A DNA stretch of 64,000 bases from Tubulanus polymorphus (lineage: Eukaryota > Animalia > Nemertea), in assembly GCF_964204645.1 (NCBI RefSeq), contig NC_134032.1, forward strand, positions 4,984,175-5,048,174. The letters are read 5' to 3'. Below, piece by piece: positions 63,187 through 64,000 of the stretch. Every line of letters starts with the position of its first letter. The stretch's first letter is position 1. Position numbers and translations under genes: made by a program. The notes beneath the pieces are model-generated. The model was not told where the DNA came from and ran no database searches. It saw only the letters and a program-made list of their open reading frames with translations.

Positions 63187-63606
63187 ATGCATTATTTCAA
63201 TCACACTTTACTAACACTTTTAATGTTTAAAAATCTAACTCACACAAATAGTAATATTGAAATAATGTTGTAAATATATACTTTTACATTGAATAATCTG
63301 TCAATTTAAATGTTATTCATTTATATGATTATTTTAAGAGTAATAGGGATAATAGGCTTTCAGGTTAAAGGTTGAACGGGCGGGTGAGTAAAAAATGAAA
63401 AACATGAAAATAATTACAATTTCTACTTGAATTAGGAGTGAAACTCATAAAAATGAAAAATAAATTCGAGTGTGTGAGAATTTATTTTTCATTTTTATGA
63501 GTTTCGCGAGTAATTCAAGTAGAAATTGTAATTATGTTCATGTTTTTCATTTTTTACGAGCTCGACCGTTCGACCTTTGGCCTGAAAGCCTATTATCCCT
63601 ATTACT
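63187..63606. repeat. Right TIR of copy C; hairpin at 63339-63606
   Basis: Reverse complement of 48828-49246. Confidence 0.96.
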
Positions 63607-63612
63607 CTCCTC

Positions 63613-64000
63613 TGAAGTTTACGACTATTCCGCGTCTCGAGTTAGCTGCTGCAACCGTATCGATTCGCCTAGATTGCATAATTACGAGAGAGTTAGACTT
63701 TGATGTTGATAAGACGTTCTATTGGACTGATAGCACATCGGTGTTGAAATATATTCGTAATGAGGATAAGCGATTTCAAGTGTTCGTTGCTAATAGAGTT
63801 GGCGTTATTCGTGAGCATTCGGAGCCTTCTCAATGGAACTTTGTTGATGGAAAGCTAAATCCTGCTGATGACGCCAGCCGCGGTTTAAGTATCGATGAAA
63901 TGAATCGTGATTGTCGATGGCTGAAAGGTCCTGATTTCTTATGGAAAACTAAGGAATCGTGGCCGACACAACCTGATTTAGGCGTCGTCGAATCGTCGGA
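63613..64000 (+). pseudogene. Continuation of BEL/Pao pol (RNase H)
   Basis: Removing copy C and one TSD restores KSRVTP-LKFTTIPRLELAAA; downstream FYWTDSTSVLKYI, VFVANRV, NPADDASRG. Confidence 0.96.

Larger units (their letters stand above)
48828..63606 (+). mobile_element. Polinton/Maverick copy C, 14,779 bp, both termini, internally deleted
   Basis: AG...CT termini, ~420-bp TIRs, 6-bp TSD CTCCTC (48822-27 and 63607-12). Confidence 0.98.

Overview
Repeat-dense eukaryotic DNA, probably from an animal and most likely an invertebrate (inferred from GT-AG introns and the element families present). I found no convincing host gene. The window is dominated by a cluster of AT-rich Polinton/Maverick (adintovirus-like) endogenous viral elements: (A) a right half at ~110-8688 with capsid, ATPase, integrase, HNH and terminus; (B) a left half at 11855-~22210 whose protein-primed DNA polymerase B (pPolB) carries a 350-codon LAGLIDADG intein inside the catalytic YFD|TDS motif; (C) a copy with both ends but internal deletions at 48828-63606, with ~420-bp terminal inverted repeats (TIRs) and a perfect 6-bp target-site duplication (TSD), inserted in the RNase H of a BEL/Pao LTR retrotransposon, and with an intein-free pPolB; (D) a miniaturised derivative present as an inverted duplication. 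Also present: an apparently intact 3-exon Chapaev/Transib-like (RAG1-related) transposon with a PHD finger and a 161-bp hairpin array, a truncated DIRS element, MITEs and 31-bp satellites. The most notable observation is the intein-plus / intein-minus pPolB pair, together with hairpin-shaped termini and a shared TAAATG gene-start motif. All family calls come from motif recognition by eye; no database search was run.
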